Shown here one piece after another: positions 8,735 to 18,333 of a stretch of 50,561 nucleotides of DNA. The notes under the pieces were generated by a model. That model searched no databases and had not been told where the DNA came from. It worked only from the letters and a program-made list of their open reading frames with translations. The position numbers were made by a program, and so were the translations under genes. The stretch comes from Patescibacteria group bacterium (lineage in GTDB: Bacteria > Patescibacteriota > Patescibacteriia > Patescibacteriales > UBA12465): the NCBI GenBank assembly GCA_038245255.1, contig JBBRSQ010000003.1, positions 1 to 50,561 of the forward strand, given 5' to 3'. How positions within the stretch are numbered: the first letter of the stretch is position 1; each line of letters begins with the position of its first letter.

Positions 8735-8872
8735 ATGCCGAAAAGAACCTACCAACCGAATAAACGTCGGGCTAGTAAAAAACATGGATTTTTAAAGAGA
8801 ATGTTGACTGCGGCTGGACGCGTTGTATTAAAGAGACGCCGTGATAAAGGTCGTAAAAGACTCTCAAAATAG
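8735..8872 (+). CDS. rpmH: 50S ribosomal protein L34
   Basis: Hand translation [45 protein letters not shown]; below the ORF-track length cutoff; canonical position. Confidence 0.98.
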   Translation: MPKRTYQPNKRRASKKHGFLKRMLTAAGRVVLKRRRDKGRKRLSK

Positions 8873-8887
8873 TGTTAAGCGGCTCAA

Positions 8888-9238
8888 ATGCTAGAGAAAA
8901 AAAATAGAATATGTTTAGACAAAGAGTTTGACCGCGCATTTAAAACCGGCCAATCTTTTTATGCTGGCATATTAGGCATAAAAGCAGCGAATAATAACTT
9001 ATCTGAGACAAGACTTGGTCTCTTGGTGGGGCTTAAAGTAAGTAAGAAAGCAATTATACGCAACAAACTAAAAAGACAAATCAGGGCTATTATTGGGCAA
9101 GAAATACCTAAATTGAAAGAAGGTAAGGATATTGTGGTTATTGTCTTGCCTCCTATTATTGAGAAAAACTTCAGCGAAATAAAAGAGGCCTTGTTAAAAG
9201 GCTTAAAAAAGCTAAATCTGTATAAAAAAGTTAGTTAA
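8888..9238 (+). CDS. rnpA: RNase P protein component
   Basis: RLGLLVGLKVSKKAIIRNKLKRQIR (RNR-motif region); synteny with rpmH. Confidence 0.95.
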   Translation: MLEKKNRICLDKEFDRAFKTGQSFYAGILGIKAANNNLSETRLGLLVGLKVSKKAIIRNKLKRQIRAIIGQEIPKLKEGKDIVVIVLPPIIEKNFSEIKEALLKGLKKLNLYKKVS

Positions 9239-9243
9239 AAGAT

Positions 9244-9501
9244 ATGTTAAATTTCTTTTATCAATTACCGCGACGAATATTGGTCGGGTTTATAAAGATA
9301 TATCAAAAAACCATCTCCTTTGATCATGGTATTTTAAAAATATTCTATCCCCATGGTTTTTGTCGGTTTTACCCAAGCTGTTCTGAGTATGGAGTCCAGG
9401 CAATTACTAAATATGGTATCATAAAAGGAGGTTTAATGACTTCTTGGCGTGTTCTACGTTGTAACCCTTGGAATAAAGGCGGGAATGATCCAGTAAAATA
9501 A
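9244..9501 (+). CDS. yidD: Membrane protein insertion efficiency factor
   Basis: CRFYPSCSEY and RVLRCNPWNKGGNDP. Confidence 0.96.
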   Translation: MLNFFYQLPRRILVGFIKIYQKTISFDHGILKIFYPHGFCRFYPSCSEYGVQAITKYGIIKGGLMTSWRVLRCNPWNKGGNDPVK

Positions 9502-9521
9502 TTTATTAATTAATTTTTAAT

Positions 9522-10277
9522 ATGGCAAACATTTTTACAATCGTTTTTTATCAACCAATTTTAAATTTATTGGTACTTTTATATAATACAATTGCTTTTC
9601 AGGATTTGGGAATTTCAATAATTCTCTTAACAGTTATTTTAAAACTTGTGCTTTGGCCTTTAGGGCAGCAATCAATTAAATCGCAAAAATCTTTACAAGA
9701 TTTACAGCCAAAAATAGAAGAGCTAAAGAAGAAACATGCTGACAATAAAACTGAACTTAGTCGCGCCACCATGGAAATGTATAAAGAAAATAAAGTTAAT
9801 CCTTTTTCTTCTTGTTTACCTCTCTTAATTCAACTTCCTTTCTTGTTTGCTGTTTACCGAGTCTTTAGAGATGGATTAAATAATAAATTAGATTTGGTTT
9901 ATTCTTTTATAAATCGCCCAGAAGTAATTCATAGTATTTCATTTGGATTTTTAGATTTAAATAAGCCTAATGTTTATTTAGCCATTCTTGCTGGTCTCGC
10001 TCAGTTTTGGCAGGCAAAAATGATGATGACAAAACAACCGGCTATAAAAAGTGCTGGCTCAAAAGATGAAAGCATGACAGCAATTATGAATAAGCAAATG
10101 CTTTATTTTATGCCCGCGATTACAATTTTCATCGGAATATCTTTACCAGGTGGGCTTACTTTATATTGGTTTGTTATTACGGTTTTAACCGCCGCCCAAC
10201 AATTATTTGTTTTTAAAAAAAAGAAAAAAAACGACGACAGTAATAATAAAATGATTGAAGGAGAAATAGTAAAATAA
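9522..10277 (+). CDS. yidC: YidC/Oxa1 membrane insertase (short form)
   Basis: LQPKIEELKKK, NPFSSCLPLLIQLP and GLTLYW; no large periplasmic domain. Confidence 0.96.
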   Translation: MANIFTIVFYQPILNLLVLLYNTIAFQDLGISIILLTVILKLVLWPLGQQSIKSQKSLQDLQPKIEELKKKHADNKTELSRATMEMYKENKVNPFSSCLPLLIQLPFLFAVYRVFRDGLNNKLDLVYSFINRPEVIHSISFGFLDLNKPNVYLAILAGLAQFWQAKMMMTKQPAIKSAGSKDESMTAIMNKQMLYFMPAITIFIGISLPGGLTLYWFVITVLTAAQQLFVFKKKKKNDDSNNKMIEGEIVK

Positions 10278-10294
10278 TATAAACAAATAAAATA

Positions 10295-10325
10295 AAAAAC
10301 ACTCGTATTTATTACGAGTGTTTTT
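10295..10325. terminator. Bidirectional terminator
   Basis: AAAAACACTCGTA-TTTAT-TACGAGTGTTTTT. Confidence 0.75.
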
Positions 10326-10345
10326 AAATTGGAAAAACTAATTAA

Positions 10346-12226
10346 CTAAGGATTGGTACTAGTGCTGGTAACCGGGCTAGAACTCGCTTTAATTTCTGTA
10401 GGCGCTGTTGAACTTGCGCTTTTAGCACTAACACCGACTAAACATACTTCTTGCCAAGGAACATAGTGTGATGAAAAGCGTTTTTCTAGAATCGGAGTAC
10501 TGGTCGCACCCTCAGGATAGATTACTTTATAGTCGAAATAAGTATCGGCGCCATTATGAGCTTTTTCAGTACATTTTTTTTGACCAGGCAATAAGTCAGT
10601 TGTTTCAATAATTTTTGCTGGAGCTGGTTTAACGATATTATAAATAACTGGAGTGGTGGTTGTAGCAACCCGGCCATCTTTTGTTCCCCAAAAATCGAAG
10701 TAAGCCATATTACCACTGATTCTTGATTGGATAAGAACGTAATTAGCAGAATCATTTATAAATTTTACATCAGGGTTGGGAATGTAAACAGCTGCGTCAG
10801 TTCCGGCCGGTTCATAATAAGAAACGCGATATGAATGGTTTCTCCTTTCGGTTATCGGTAGCCCGGAAGCAAGCGCCGCTCTGAAGACGGTAGTAGCGAT
10901 TTGGCAAAGACCACCGCCATATTCGGGAACCGTCTTATTACCTTTGATAACTAATTCCGGTAAATAACCAGTTTTTTGACTAACATCACCCAAAGTTTTA
11001 ACTAAGGAAAACTCTTCGCCTGGCGCCAAAAGAACTCCATTAACTGCAGCCGCTCCAACTTGGATATTTTTACGACGATTTGAAGTTGATCCTGAAAAAT
11101 CTGATTGCCCAGTCCCAATAATCTCTTTAATATTTAAAGTGGCGTCAGAATTTAGTTTTTCAACACTTAAGTCATTAACTACTATCGGCACTACTCTTTG
11201 TCCGCTTAAAAAAGCCTTAGTAATTTTTTCAGCTGATAAATCGAGATTAACTTGTCGACCATCAGTGCCGGCCTGCCAGTTATCTACTTTTCCATTATTA
11301 ATTATAAAGCGTGGACGCACTACTTCGAGATCAATTTCAGGAGAAACATTTATTTTTAAATATTCTTTTATTTTTTCTTGATCAAGAGAGAGACTAATAA
11401 CACCGTTAAGTTCCTTGATACTTATCCAAGAAAGTAATTTAGCTGGTTTAATCGACCAAGTTTTAGTCGTCGAACTAGCGCTGGTAGGTTCACTATAAGT
11501 AAGATCTAGTTTTTCTTGCCCAACCATTTGTTTAGCTTCACTGGCGAGAGCACTTAAATCAGATGCCTTGACGCTTGGGTATCTTGTTCGTGTCTTAATC
11601 GTTATCGGGTTGGTATTTAAGGAGTCTAAATTTGTTTTTAATTCGGAAAATAATAAATCATAATTTATTTCCTTGCCTAATTTTTCGGATAAGGTTACAA
11701 GTTCACCGCCATTAGTTGAAACTGAAAAAGAAGCGTTAGTTGAAGGAATGTTTAATTCACTAAATGTTTCGTTAAGAAGAATTTTAAATTCCTCTTCATC
11801 AATAGTGTAGTGGGGTAAAAGACTTTTATTAACTGCGAACTTTAATCTAAAAATAAGGTAATGCCAAAAAGTGTCAGGATGACTAAAGGCTAGAGCTTCG
11901 TTAACAGAATCAGTATTATTAAAAATGAGAGCTGGATAAGATAAATCAGAGTCAAAAGAAGAGCTAGTTGGATCAATATTTATTGATTTAGAGCCATAGC
12001 GGAAATCTAGACCGTCGGCAAGGATAGCGTCTGTTTTTTTATTTAAAATTGCAAAAGCGCCTTCAAAGTTTTCTCCGGAAAGGTTTATTGAGGCAACGCT
12101 TATATTTGGATAGATTCGTTCCCGATAATTATTTTTCCAAGAAATATAAGTAAGTGAAAAAACGCAGATTATTAAAAAAGGCACTAAAAATAAAAGTGAC
12201 TTCAAAATCCATTTTTTTGTTTTCAT
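10346..12226 (-). CDS. VanW family protein with putative peptidoglycan-binding repeats
   Basis: NRRKNI, GGGLCQIATTVFRAAL, ERRNHSY and GTDAAVY; N-terminal TM; start moved to MKTKKW (12226) because the longer frame overlaps the Hsp20 gene. Confidence 0.9.
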   Translation of the reverse strand: MKTKKWILKSLLFLVPFLIICVFSLTYISWKNNYRERIYPNISVASINLSGENFEGAFAILNKKTDAILADGLDFRYGSKSINIDPTSSSFDSDLSYPALIFNNTDSVNEALAFSHPDTFWHYLIFRLKFAVNKSLLPHYTIDEEEFKILLNETFSELNIPSTNASFSVSTNGGELVTLSEKLGKEINYDLLFSELKTNLDSLNTNPITIKTRTRYPSVKASDLSALASEAKQMVGQEKLDLTYSEPTSASSTTKTWSIKPAKLLSWISIKELNGVISLSLDQEKIKEYLKINVSPEIDLEVVRPRFIINNGKVDNWQAGTDGRQVNLDLSAEKITKAFLSGQRVVPIVVNDLSVEKLNSDATLNIKEIIGTGQSDFSGSTSNRRKNIQVGAAAVNGVLLAPGEEFSLVKTLGDVSQKTGYLPELVIKGNKTVPEYGGGLCQIATTVFRAALASGLPITERRNHSYRVSYYEPAGTDAAVYIPNPDVKFINDSANYVLIQSRISGNMAYFDFWGTKDGRVATTTTPVIYNIVKPAPAKIIETTDLLPGQKKCTEKAHNGADTYFDYKVIYPEGATSTPILEKRFSSHYVPWQEVCLVGVSAKSASSTAPTEIKASSSPVTSTSTNP

Positions 12227-12242
12227 AGGTCGAACGGCCGCT

Positions 12243-12662
12243 TTAGTCTTTTTCTTTGACCTCAATCTGGCCGGGAATGTTTTTGTATAAACTAATTGTG
12301 AGAACACCGCTTTCAAGTTCGGCTTCAACATGACGATTGTCGACTTCAGCGGGAAGAATAATTGAACGAGAAAATGAACCCCAATAACATTCGCGATATA
12401 GATAATCTTCATCTCTAACTGTTTCTGTAACAGAACGAGTGCCCTTTATCGTTAAAAGGTCATGATGAAGTGATATTTTTAAATCAGCGGGCTTAACCCC
12501 AGCGATTGTAGATTTGATTATTATCTTTTTCTCTGTCTGGAAGACATCTATTGCCAGTTGTCCTTCTGATTCATTATCTTCATAATTCAACCATTCATTT
12601 ATTGAGGGCTCGGGATTTTCTTGAACCAAAGTATTTGTGGCCACTTTCTTATTGAAAATCAT
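12243..12662 (-). CDS. Hsp20/alpha-crystallin small heat-shock protein
   Basis: IDVFQT, LTIKGTR, ECYWGSFSRSIILP and A-x-LESGVLTI. Confidence 0.94.
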   Translation of the reverse strand: MIFNKKVATNTLVQENPEPSINEWLNYEDNESEGQLAIDVFQTEKKIIIKSTIAGVKPADLKISLHHDLLTIKGTRSVTETVRDEDYLYRECYWGSFSRSIILPAEVDNRHVEAELESGVLTISLYKNIPGQIEVKEKD

Positions 12663-12758
12663 ATGTTTATATTCTTTCTCTTAATTTACCAATTTTTTGA
12701 AGAAATGTAAATGATAAAAACAAAAAATCTTCGTTAAAAACGAAGAAATTTTAATCTG

Positions 12759-12832
<74 letters not shown>

Positions 12833-12844
12833 AAAATGTTTCTG

Positions 12845-12918
12845 TGGGCATAGATGGACTTGAACCATCGACCCCCGCTTTATAAGAGCGGTGCTCTAAC
12901 CAACTGAGCTATATGCCC
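12845..12918 (-). tRNA. tRNA-Ile(TAT)
   Basis: Acceptor GGGCATA/TATGCCC plus A73; anticodon arm CCGCT-CTTATAA-AGCGG. Confidence 0.92.
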
Positions 12919-12984
12919 ATTATAATGACCGCCAATAAAGATTGCAAGTATGGCCTAATAATAGTTTTGTTTTATTTTATACCA

Positions 12985-14127
12985 TTAAGCGCTTAATTTT
13001 TCAAGTTTATTTTTTATTTCAGGAATTATATCAGAGCTAAGGGTTTCAATGTCTTTTTTGATTATTGCGGAAGCCGTTTTTATTGTTCCCTGGACTTCAT
13101 AATCTTTTATAAGCTCTAGCGCGTTAATATTTTTGAGAGAATATATTATAATTCTTGTTGAGGCTAAATCATTTTCACAAAAAATAATAGCTAATTTAGC
13201 ATTTGGAATATTCATTATTAATTCATCAATAATATCAGTTAAACTTTCAGGCGCCGAATCTGTTTCCTGAAAATCTTTTAAATATATTTTAGACCAAATC
13301 AATTCTTCATTATTTTCTGAGCGAAGATTATTAAGGACTCGACCCCATAATTTAAGAGTATTTAAATCAAGCGACCGAAATAAATGGGTTACAATCTCTT
13401 CTCGATCGGCTCCAAGCGATATTAGCTGCGAGGTTGTTAGAAGCGTGCGCGGGGTAAGGTTTGAAGTTTTAAAATTTCTTGTTTTTTGGATAATACCAGC
13501 TAGAAGGCAAGTAGCAATATTCTCATTAATTAAATCGGATTTGTAATCTTTGAAAAGATAAAAAAGAATTTCAGAAATTGCTACCGCATTTAAGTCAACT
13601 AAATTTATTTGCCCAAAACCCTCATTGGTTGCCTTATGATCTATATTTATAATAGTCGTTTTATAGAAGAATTCGACATTATTATCATAAAGCTTGCCTA
13701 GCGACTCAAGATCGCTCGCGCCAATAACAATAATTAAATCATGTTTAAATTCGCCTACTTTAGAACTTACATCTTCTGGTTTAAACCAGCCCTCAGATGG
13801 TGAAATAATGAAATTAAGAGTATTGTTTTCAACCAAGTATTTAATTTGATGAACTTTAGCCTGGCTAATATCAACTGAGACAATAAAGCGGCGAAGGTTA
13901 TTTAAGTTTGTCTGGATTAGGCTATAATTAGGTAAAAAAGAGAATAAATGCTTTTTATCTTCAGGTTCTTGAGCAGCAACAGATACCTCGAAACCGGCGA
14001 GCTTTAAAAATGAATAAAGCGCTAAAGCCGAAGAAATAGCATCGCCATCGCGGTCGGTCGGAAAAATAATCAAAATATTCTTTGAAGATTCTATTTGTTT
14101 AATAATTTGTTGTTCTAAATTGAGCAT
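12985..14127 (-). CDS. DHH/NrnA-like phosphoesterase-fold protein with degenerate catalytic motifs
   Basis: PTDRDGDAISS, INIDHKATNEGFG, ATCLLAGIIQKTRNF and LKLWGRVL resemble NrnA, but DHH is DHK and the conserved DT is KT. Confidence 0.8.
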   Translation of the reverse strand: MLNLEQQIIKQIESSKNILIIFPTDRDGDAISSALALYSFLKLAGFEVSVAAQEPEDKKHLFSFLPNYSLIQTNLNNLRRFIVSVDISQAKVHQIKYLVENNTLNFIISPSEGWFKPEDVSSKVGEFKHDLIIVIGASDLESLGKLYDNNVEFFYKTTIINIDHKATNEGFGQINLVDLNAVAISEILFYLFKDYKSDLINENIATCLLAGIIQKTRNFKTSNLTPRTLLTTSQLISLGADREEIVTHLFRSLDLNTLKLWGRVLNNLRSENNEELIWSKIYLKDFQETDSAPESLTDIIDELIMNIPNAKLAIIFCENDLASTRIIIYSLKNINALELIKDYEVQGTIKTASAIIKKDIETLSSDIIPEIKNKLEKLSA

Positions 14128-14248
14128 TTTTTAACATTAAAAATCTGTCTAAGCGCACTTAGACGACCCTTTAATATATAATGAATATCACTCAAAGTCA
14201 AGGATGGCAATAGTTGACTTAAGGCCGTTTTTTTGGTAATTTTAAGTT

Positions 14249-16876
14249 ATGAAAATTGACTTAGAAAAGGCTTATAATCCAAGTGAAAATGAGGATAAAA
14301 TCTATGAAAAATGGGAAGAGTCAGGTTATTTTAATCCCGATAATTTAGATTTAGCTCCTGACGCAAAAGGCTATACAATTATTCTTCCGCCGCCAAATAT
14401 CACTGACAAGCTTCACATTGGTCACGCCACCATGCTCGCCATTGAAGATCTATTAGTTCGCTATCATCGTCTACTGGGTGAGCGAACATTATGGTTACCA
14501 GGGACAGATCATGCCGCGATTGCCACTCAAAACGTGGTTGAAAAGCGAATTTTTAAAGAAAAGGGGCTAACGCGTCATGATTTAGGCAAAGAAAATTTTT
14601 TAGAAGAGGTTTGGGCATTTTTAAAAACAACTCAAGGAACAATATTACATCAAACAATAAAATTAGGGGCTTCAATGGATTGGTCGCGCTTAGCTTTTAC
14701 GCTTGATGAGCAAAGAAAAGTCGCGGTTAGGACAATGTTTAAAGAAATGTACGACGAGGGCATAATTTATCGCGGCGAGAGGATAGTTAATTGGTGTCCA
14801 CGCTGTAAATCGACTTTAGCGGATGATGAGGTTGAATATAAAGAACAAATAGCGAAAATTTACACCTTTAAATATGACAAAGATTTCCCAATTGCTATTT
14901 CAACTACTCGTCCGGAAACTAAATTAGGAGATTCGGCGGTGGCTGTAAATCCTAAAGATGAACGTTATAAAAAATATATTGGCAAAGAATATAAAGTTAA
15001 CTTTTGCGAGCAAGAATTAAATATAAAAATTATTGCCGACCGAAATGTAGAGTCAGACTTTGGAACGGGTGCTCTTGGCGTTACGCCTGCTCATTCAATG
15101 GTTGATTGGCAAATGGCACAATCGAATAATTTAGCAATCATTAAAGTTATTAGCGAGGATGCTAAAATTTTGCCAGGATTTGGAAAATTTTCTGGCTTGA
15201 ATGTCGCTGAGGCGAGAACCGCTATTATTGAAGAATTAAAAACTCAAGGTTTATTAGAAAAAGAAGAAGAGTTAACAAATAATTTATCGGTTTGTTATCG
15301 CTGTGGCACCGCCATTGAACCGCTAGCTTCTAAACAGTGGTTTGTTTCAGTTGATAAGAAATTAGAAAGATTGGGCGGTCTATCACTAAAAGAAAAATCA
15401 ATCGCGGTTGCCGAGACCGGAGAAATTGAATTCATCCCTGAGAGATTTAATAAAAGATATCTTGATTGGATGAATAATTTACACGATTGGTGTATATCGC
15501 GACAAATTTGGTTTGGTCACGATATTCCGGTTTGGTATAAAGGAGATGAAATACAAGTTTGTATTAATTCGCCTAAAGAAGACGGCTGGATTCAAGATCC
15601 AGATACACTCGATACTTGGTTTTCTTCAGGGATGTGGACATTTTCAACTCTTGGTTGGCCAGAAAATTTTAAAGACGGGAAAAAGCTTAATGATTTGGCT
15701 AGATTTTATCCGACGCAGGTGCTTGAAACCGGCTATGAGATACTTACTCTTTGGGTTTCAAGGATGGTCATGATGTCTCTTTTTGCTTTAGGAGAAATTC
15801 CTTTTGAAAAAGTTTACCTTCATGGCATGGTCCAGGATAAAAATGGCAAAAAAATGTCTAAATCGAAAGGTAATGGTATTGATCCACTTGATATGATCGA
15901 AAGATATGGAGCGGACGCAACCCGCCTATCTCTTTTAATGGGATCTACTCCGGGAAATGATTTACGCTATAGCGAAGAAAAAAGTGAGGCCAAGAGAAAT
16001 TTTATAAATAAACTCTGGAATATCTCCCGGTTTATTCTTAGTGCGACTGATGAGAAATTTTTTGATGTTTCATATATAAACGCACCGCAAGCGAAAACAG
16101 AAAATGATAAATGGATATTAAGCGAGTTAATGAGTACTATTTATTCGGTTAATAATTACTTAACAAGTTTTAATTTTTCTCTCGCCGCCGAAGAGTTAAG
16201 CGATTTTACTTACTCTAGGCTAGCTGATTGGTATTTAGAAATAGCCAAGGTTGAAAAAGATAAAGAAGAAATACTAATTTATATTTTAAAGAATTTATTA
16301 ATTCTTTGGCACCCCTTCATCCCCTTTGTTACAGAAACGATTTGGGATAGTTTTAATAAGACCTTGTTGATGGTTGAAAAATGGCCTAAAGATATTTCTG
16401 TAAAAACGGAGGAGCGCGAAATCTCATCGGAAAAGGTAAGTTTTAATTTACTTCAAGAAATTGTTATCGCTATTCGTAATGCGCGGAGTGAAAATAAAAT
16501 TGATGCTTCAAGAAAATTAGAGGCTATTATTTATGGACACAAGAAAACTGAACTTGTAAGCGCTCAAAAAGAGTTAATAAAGAATTTAAAAACTGGTCTT
16601 GCGAGCATAGAGGTTAAAGAAGATGGGCCTAAAATAGAAGGAGCGATTATGGTTGTAACTAGTGAGCTAGAAATTTATCTTCTGGGAGCAATCGACGAAG
16701 TTAAAGAAAAGGCTCGCTTAAGTAAAGAAATAATAAATCTCCAGAAATTAATTAACTTGCAAGAACAAAAATTGAAAAATGATGATTTTGTTTCAAGAGC
16801 TCCTGAAAAAATAGTATTAGCTGAAAAAGAAAAATTAAATAATTATAAGCAAGAATTAAATAAAATCAGCGATTAA
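14249..16876 (+). CDS. valS: Valyl-tRNA synthetase
   Basis: PPPN, LHIGHA, GTDHAAIATQ, DWCISRQIWFGH, DTLDTWFSS, KMSKS and C-terminal coiled coil. Confidence 0.99.
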   Translation: MKIDLEKAYNPSENEDKIYEKWEESGYFNPDNLDLAPDAKGYTIILPPPNITDKLHIGHATMLAIEDLLVRYHRLLGERTLWLPGTDHAAIATQNVVEKRIFKEKGLTRHDLGKENFLEEVWAFLKTTQGTILHQTIKLGASMDWSRLAFTLDEQRKVAVRTMFKEMYDEGIIYRGERIVNWCPRCKSTLADDEVEYKEQIAKIYTFKYDKDFPIAISTTRPETKLGDSAVAVNPKDERYKKYIGKEYKVNFCEQELNIKIIADRNVESDFGTGALGVTPAHSMVDWQMAQSNNLAIIKVISEDAKILPGFGKFSGLNVAEARTAIIEELKTQGLLEKEEELTNNLSVCYRCGTAIEPLASKQWFVSVDKKLERLGGLSLKEKSIAVAETGEIEFIPERFNKRYLDWMNNLHDWCISRQIWFGHDIPVWYKGDEIQVCINSPKEDGWIQDPDTLDTWFSSGMWTFSTLGWPENFKDGKKLNDLARFYPTQVLETGYEILTLWVSRMVMMSLFALGEIPFEKVYLHGMVQDKNGKKMSKSKGNGIDPLDMIERYGADATRLSLLMGSTPGNDLRYSEEKSEAKRNFINKLWNISRFILSATDEKFFDVSYINAPQAKTENDKWILSELMSTIYSVNNYLTSFNFSLAAEELSDFTYSRLADWYLEIAKVEKDKEEILIYILKNLLILWHPFIPFVTETIWDSFNKTLLMVEKWPKDISVKTEEREISSEKVSFNLLQEIVIAIRNARSENKIDASRKLEAIIYGHKKTELVSAQKELIKNLKTGLASIEVKEDGPKIEGAIMVVTSELEIYLLGAIDEVKEKARLSKEIINLQKLINLQEQKLKNDDFVSRAPEKIVLAEKEKLNNYKQELNKISD

Positions 16877-16886
16877 TAAAAAACCT

Positions 16887-17267
16887 ATGACTTTAAAAAA
16901 CTATTTGTTTGTAATGTCGGTTCTAACAGCAATCTGCTGGGGTATTTTTATTTTTGTGGCTAGTTTAGTTGATCCCACGGCGACAAATTGGCTAGGCTAT
17001 GGCCTTTTTTATCTAGCTCTATTTTTGTCTTTGAGCGGAACGACGGCGTTAATCGGTTTTATTTTTAGATTTGTCGCTTTAAAAAAAGAGTTGGCCTTTA
17101 ATCTAGTTAAACTGGCTTTTCGCCAATCATTTTTATTCTCATTATTTATAGTATTTCTTTTAATTTTAAAATCTTTACAGCTTTTTAACTGGGTGAATTT
17201 ATTATTACTTGTTATTATCTTTGCAATTTTAGAATTATTTTTAATAAGCTACAAAAAAAGCCGATAA
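16887..17267 (+). CDS. Hypothetical 4-TM membrane protein
   Basis: Hydrophobic ORF tightly coupled between valS and pheS. Confidence 0.8.
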   Translation: MTLKNYLFVMSVLTAICWGIFIFVASLVDPTATNWLGYGLFYLALFLSLSGTTALIGFIFRFVALKKELAFNLVKLAFRQSFLFSLFIVFLLILKSLQLFNWVNLLLLVIIFAILELFLISYKKSR

Positions 17268-17300
17268 ATAAAAAAAAGCCGAGTTATATAAGAAATAAAT

Positions 17301-18329
17301 ATGAAAAATAAAATACAGAAAATACGAGCTGAATTCCTTGAGCAACTGGCACTAGTTAAAAATAGTGAAGGCTTGCGTGATTTAGAGTTAAAGTATTTAT
17401 CACGTAAGGGAAACTTTAGTGAAATTATGCATAGCTTGAAAGATTTAGAAGAAAATCTACGTCGTGAGCTTGGTGAACTAGCTAACTCAGTTAAACAGGA
17501 GATGCAAATAAAGTTTGAAGAAGTACGAAGCTCATTAGAGACTTATGCTAAAAAAAGTGAATTTGTTGATGTTAGTTTGCCAGGCGAAAAATTTCCTAAT
17601 GGGCACCTTCATCCAATAACTCTCGTTCAAAATGAATTAGAAGATTTATTTACTTCTTTAGGTTTTATGATTGGGGATGGTCCCGAACTTGAAAGTGATT
17701 ATTATAATTTCACGGCTTTAAATGTGCCACCACTTCATCCCGCGCGCGACATGCAGGATACTTTTTATATTGATTCAAAAAATAAAGAAGGCCAATATGA
17801 TTTAGTGATGCGCACCCAGACTTCCCCGGTTCAGATTCGTTTAATGCAGAAATATGGGGCGCCGCTTAAGGCTCTAATACCTGGGCGTTGTTTTCGAAAT
17901 GAGGCTACGGACTCTCGCCATGAACATACTTTTTATCAAGTCGAGGGAATAATGGTTGGGCGAGATATCAATTTTGCTAATTTAAAAAGTTTATTAGAAA
18001 TAGTTGGTAAAAAATTATTTGGGCAAAACACCGAATTTCGTATGCGTCCAAAATTTTTCCCTTTTGTTGAACCCGGGAACAATGGTGAATACACTTGTTT
18101 TTTGTGCGGTGGAAAGGGTTGTCGAGTTTGTAAATATACTGGTTGGTTAGAAATAGTTGGCGCGGGTCTAATTCATCCCGATGTTTTAAGAGCCGGCGGA
18201 ATTGATCCGGAAGTATATTCTGGTCTCGCTTTTGGTTTTGGCTTAAATCGTCTCGCTATGCTTAAGTATAATATTGGTGACGTTCGCTTGTTTAATAGTG
18301 GCGATCTTAAATTTTTGGAACAATTTTAA
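17301..18329 (+). CDS. pheS: Phenylalanyl-tRNA synthetase alpha subunit
   Basis: GHLHP, HPARDMQDTFY, RTQTSPVQ, FPFVEP and GLAFGFGLNR. Confidence 0.99.
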   Translation: MKNKIQKIRAEFLEQLALVKNSEGLRDLELKYLSRKGNFSEIMHSLKDLEENLRRELGELANSVKQEMQIKFEEVRSSLETYAKKSEFVDVSLPGEKFPNGHLHPITLVQNELEDLFTSLGFMIGDGPELESDYYNFTALNVPPLHPARDMQDTFYIDSKNKEGQYDLVMRTQTSPVQIRLMQKYGAPLKALIPGRCFRNEATDSRHEHTFYQVEGIMVGRDINFANLKSLLEIVGKKLFGQNTEFRMRPKFFPFVEPGNNGEYTCFLCGGKGCRVCKYTGWLEIVGAGLIHPDVLRAGGIDPEVYSGLAFGFGLNRLAMLKYNIGDVRLFNSGDLKFLEQF

Positions 18330-18333
18330 TTTT

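Noticed and set aside
12227-12412. N-terminal 62 codons of the 688-aa VanW ORF
   Set aside because: They overlap the Hsp20 gene in another frame. MKTKKW at 12226 directly precedes the TM anchor.
17252-17283. Direct repeat AAAAAAAGCCGA x2 upstream of pheS
   Set aside because: Only two short low-complexity copies; not a T-box, CRISPR or attenuator.
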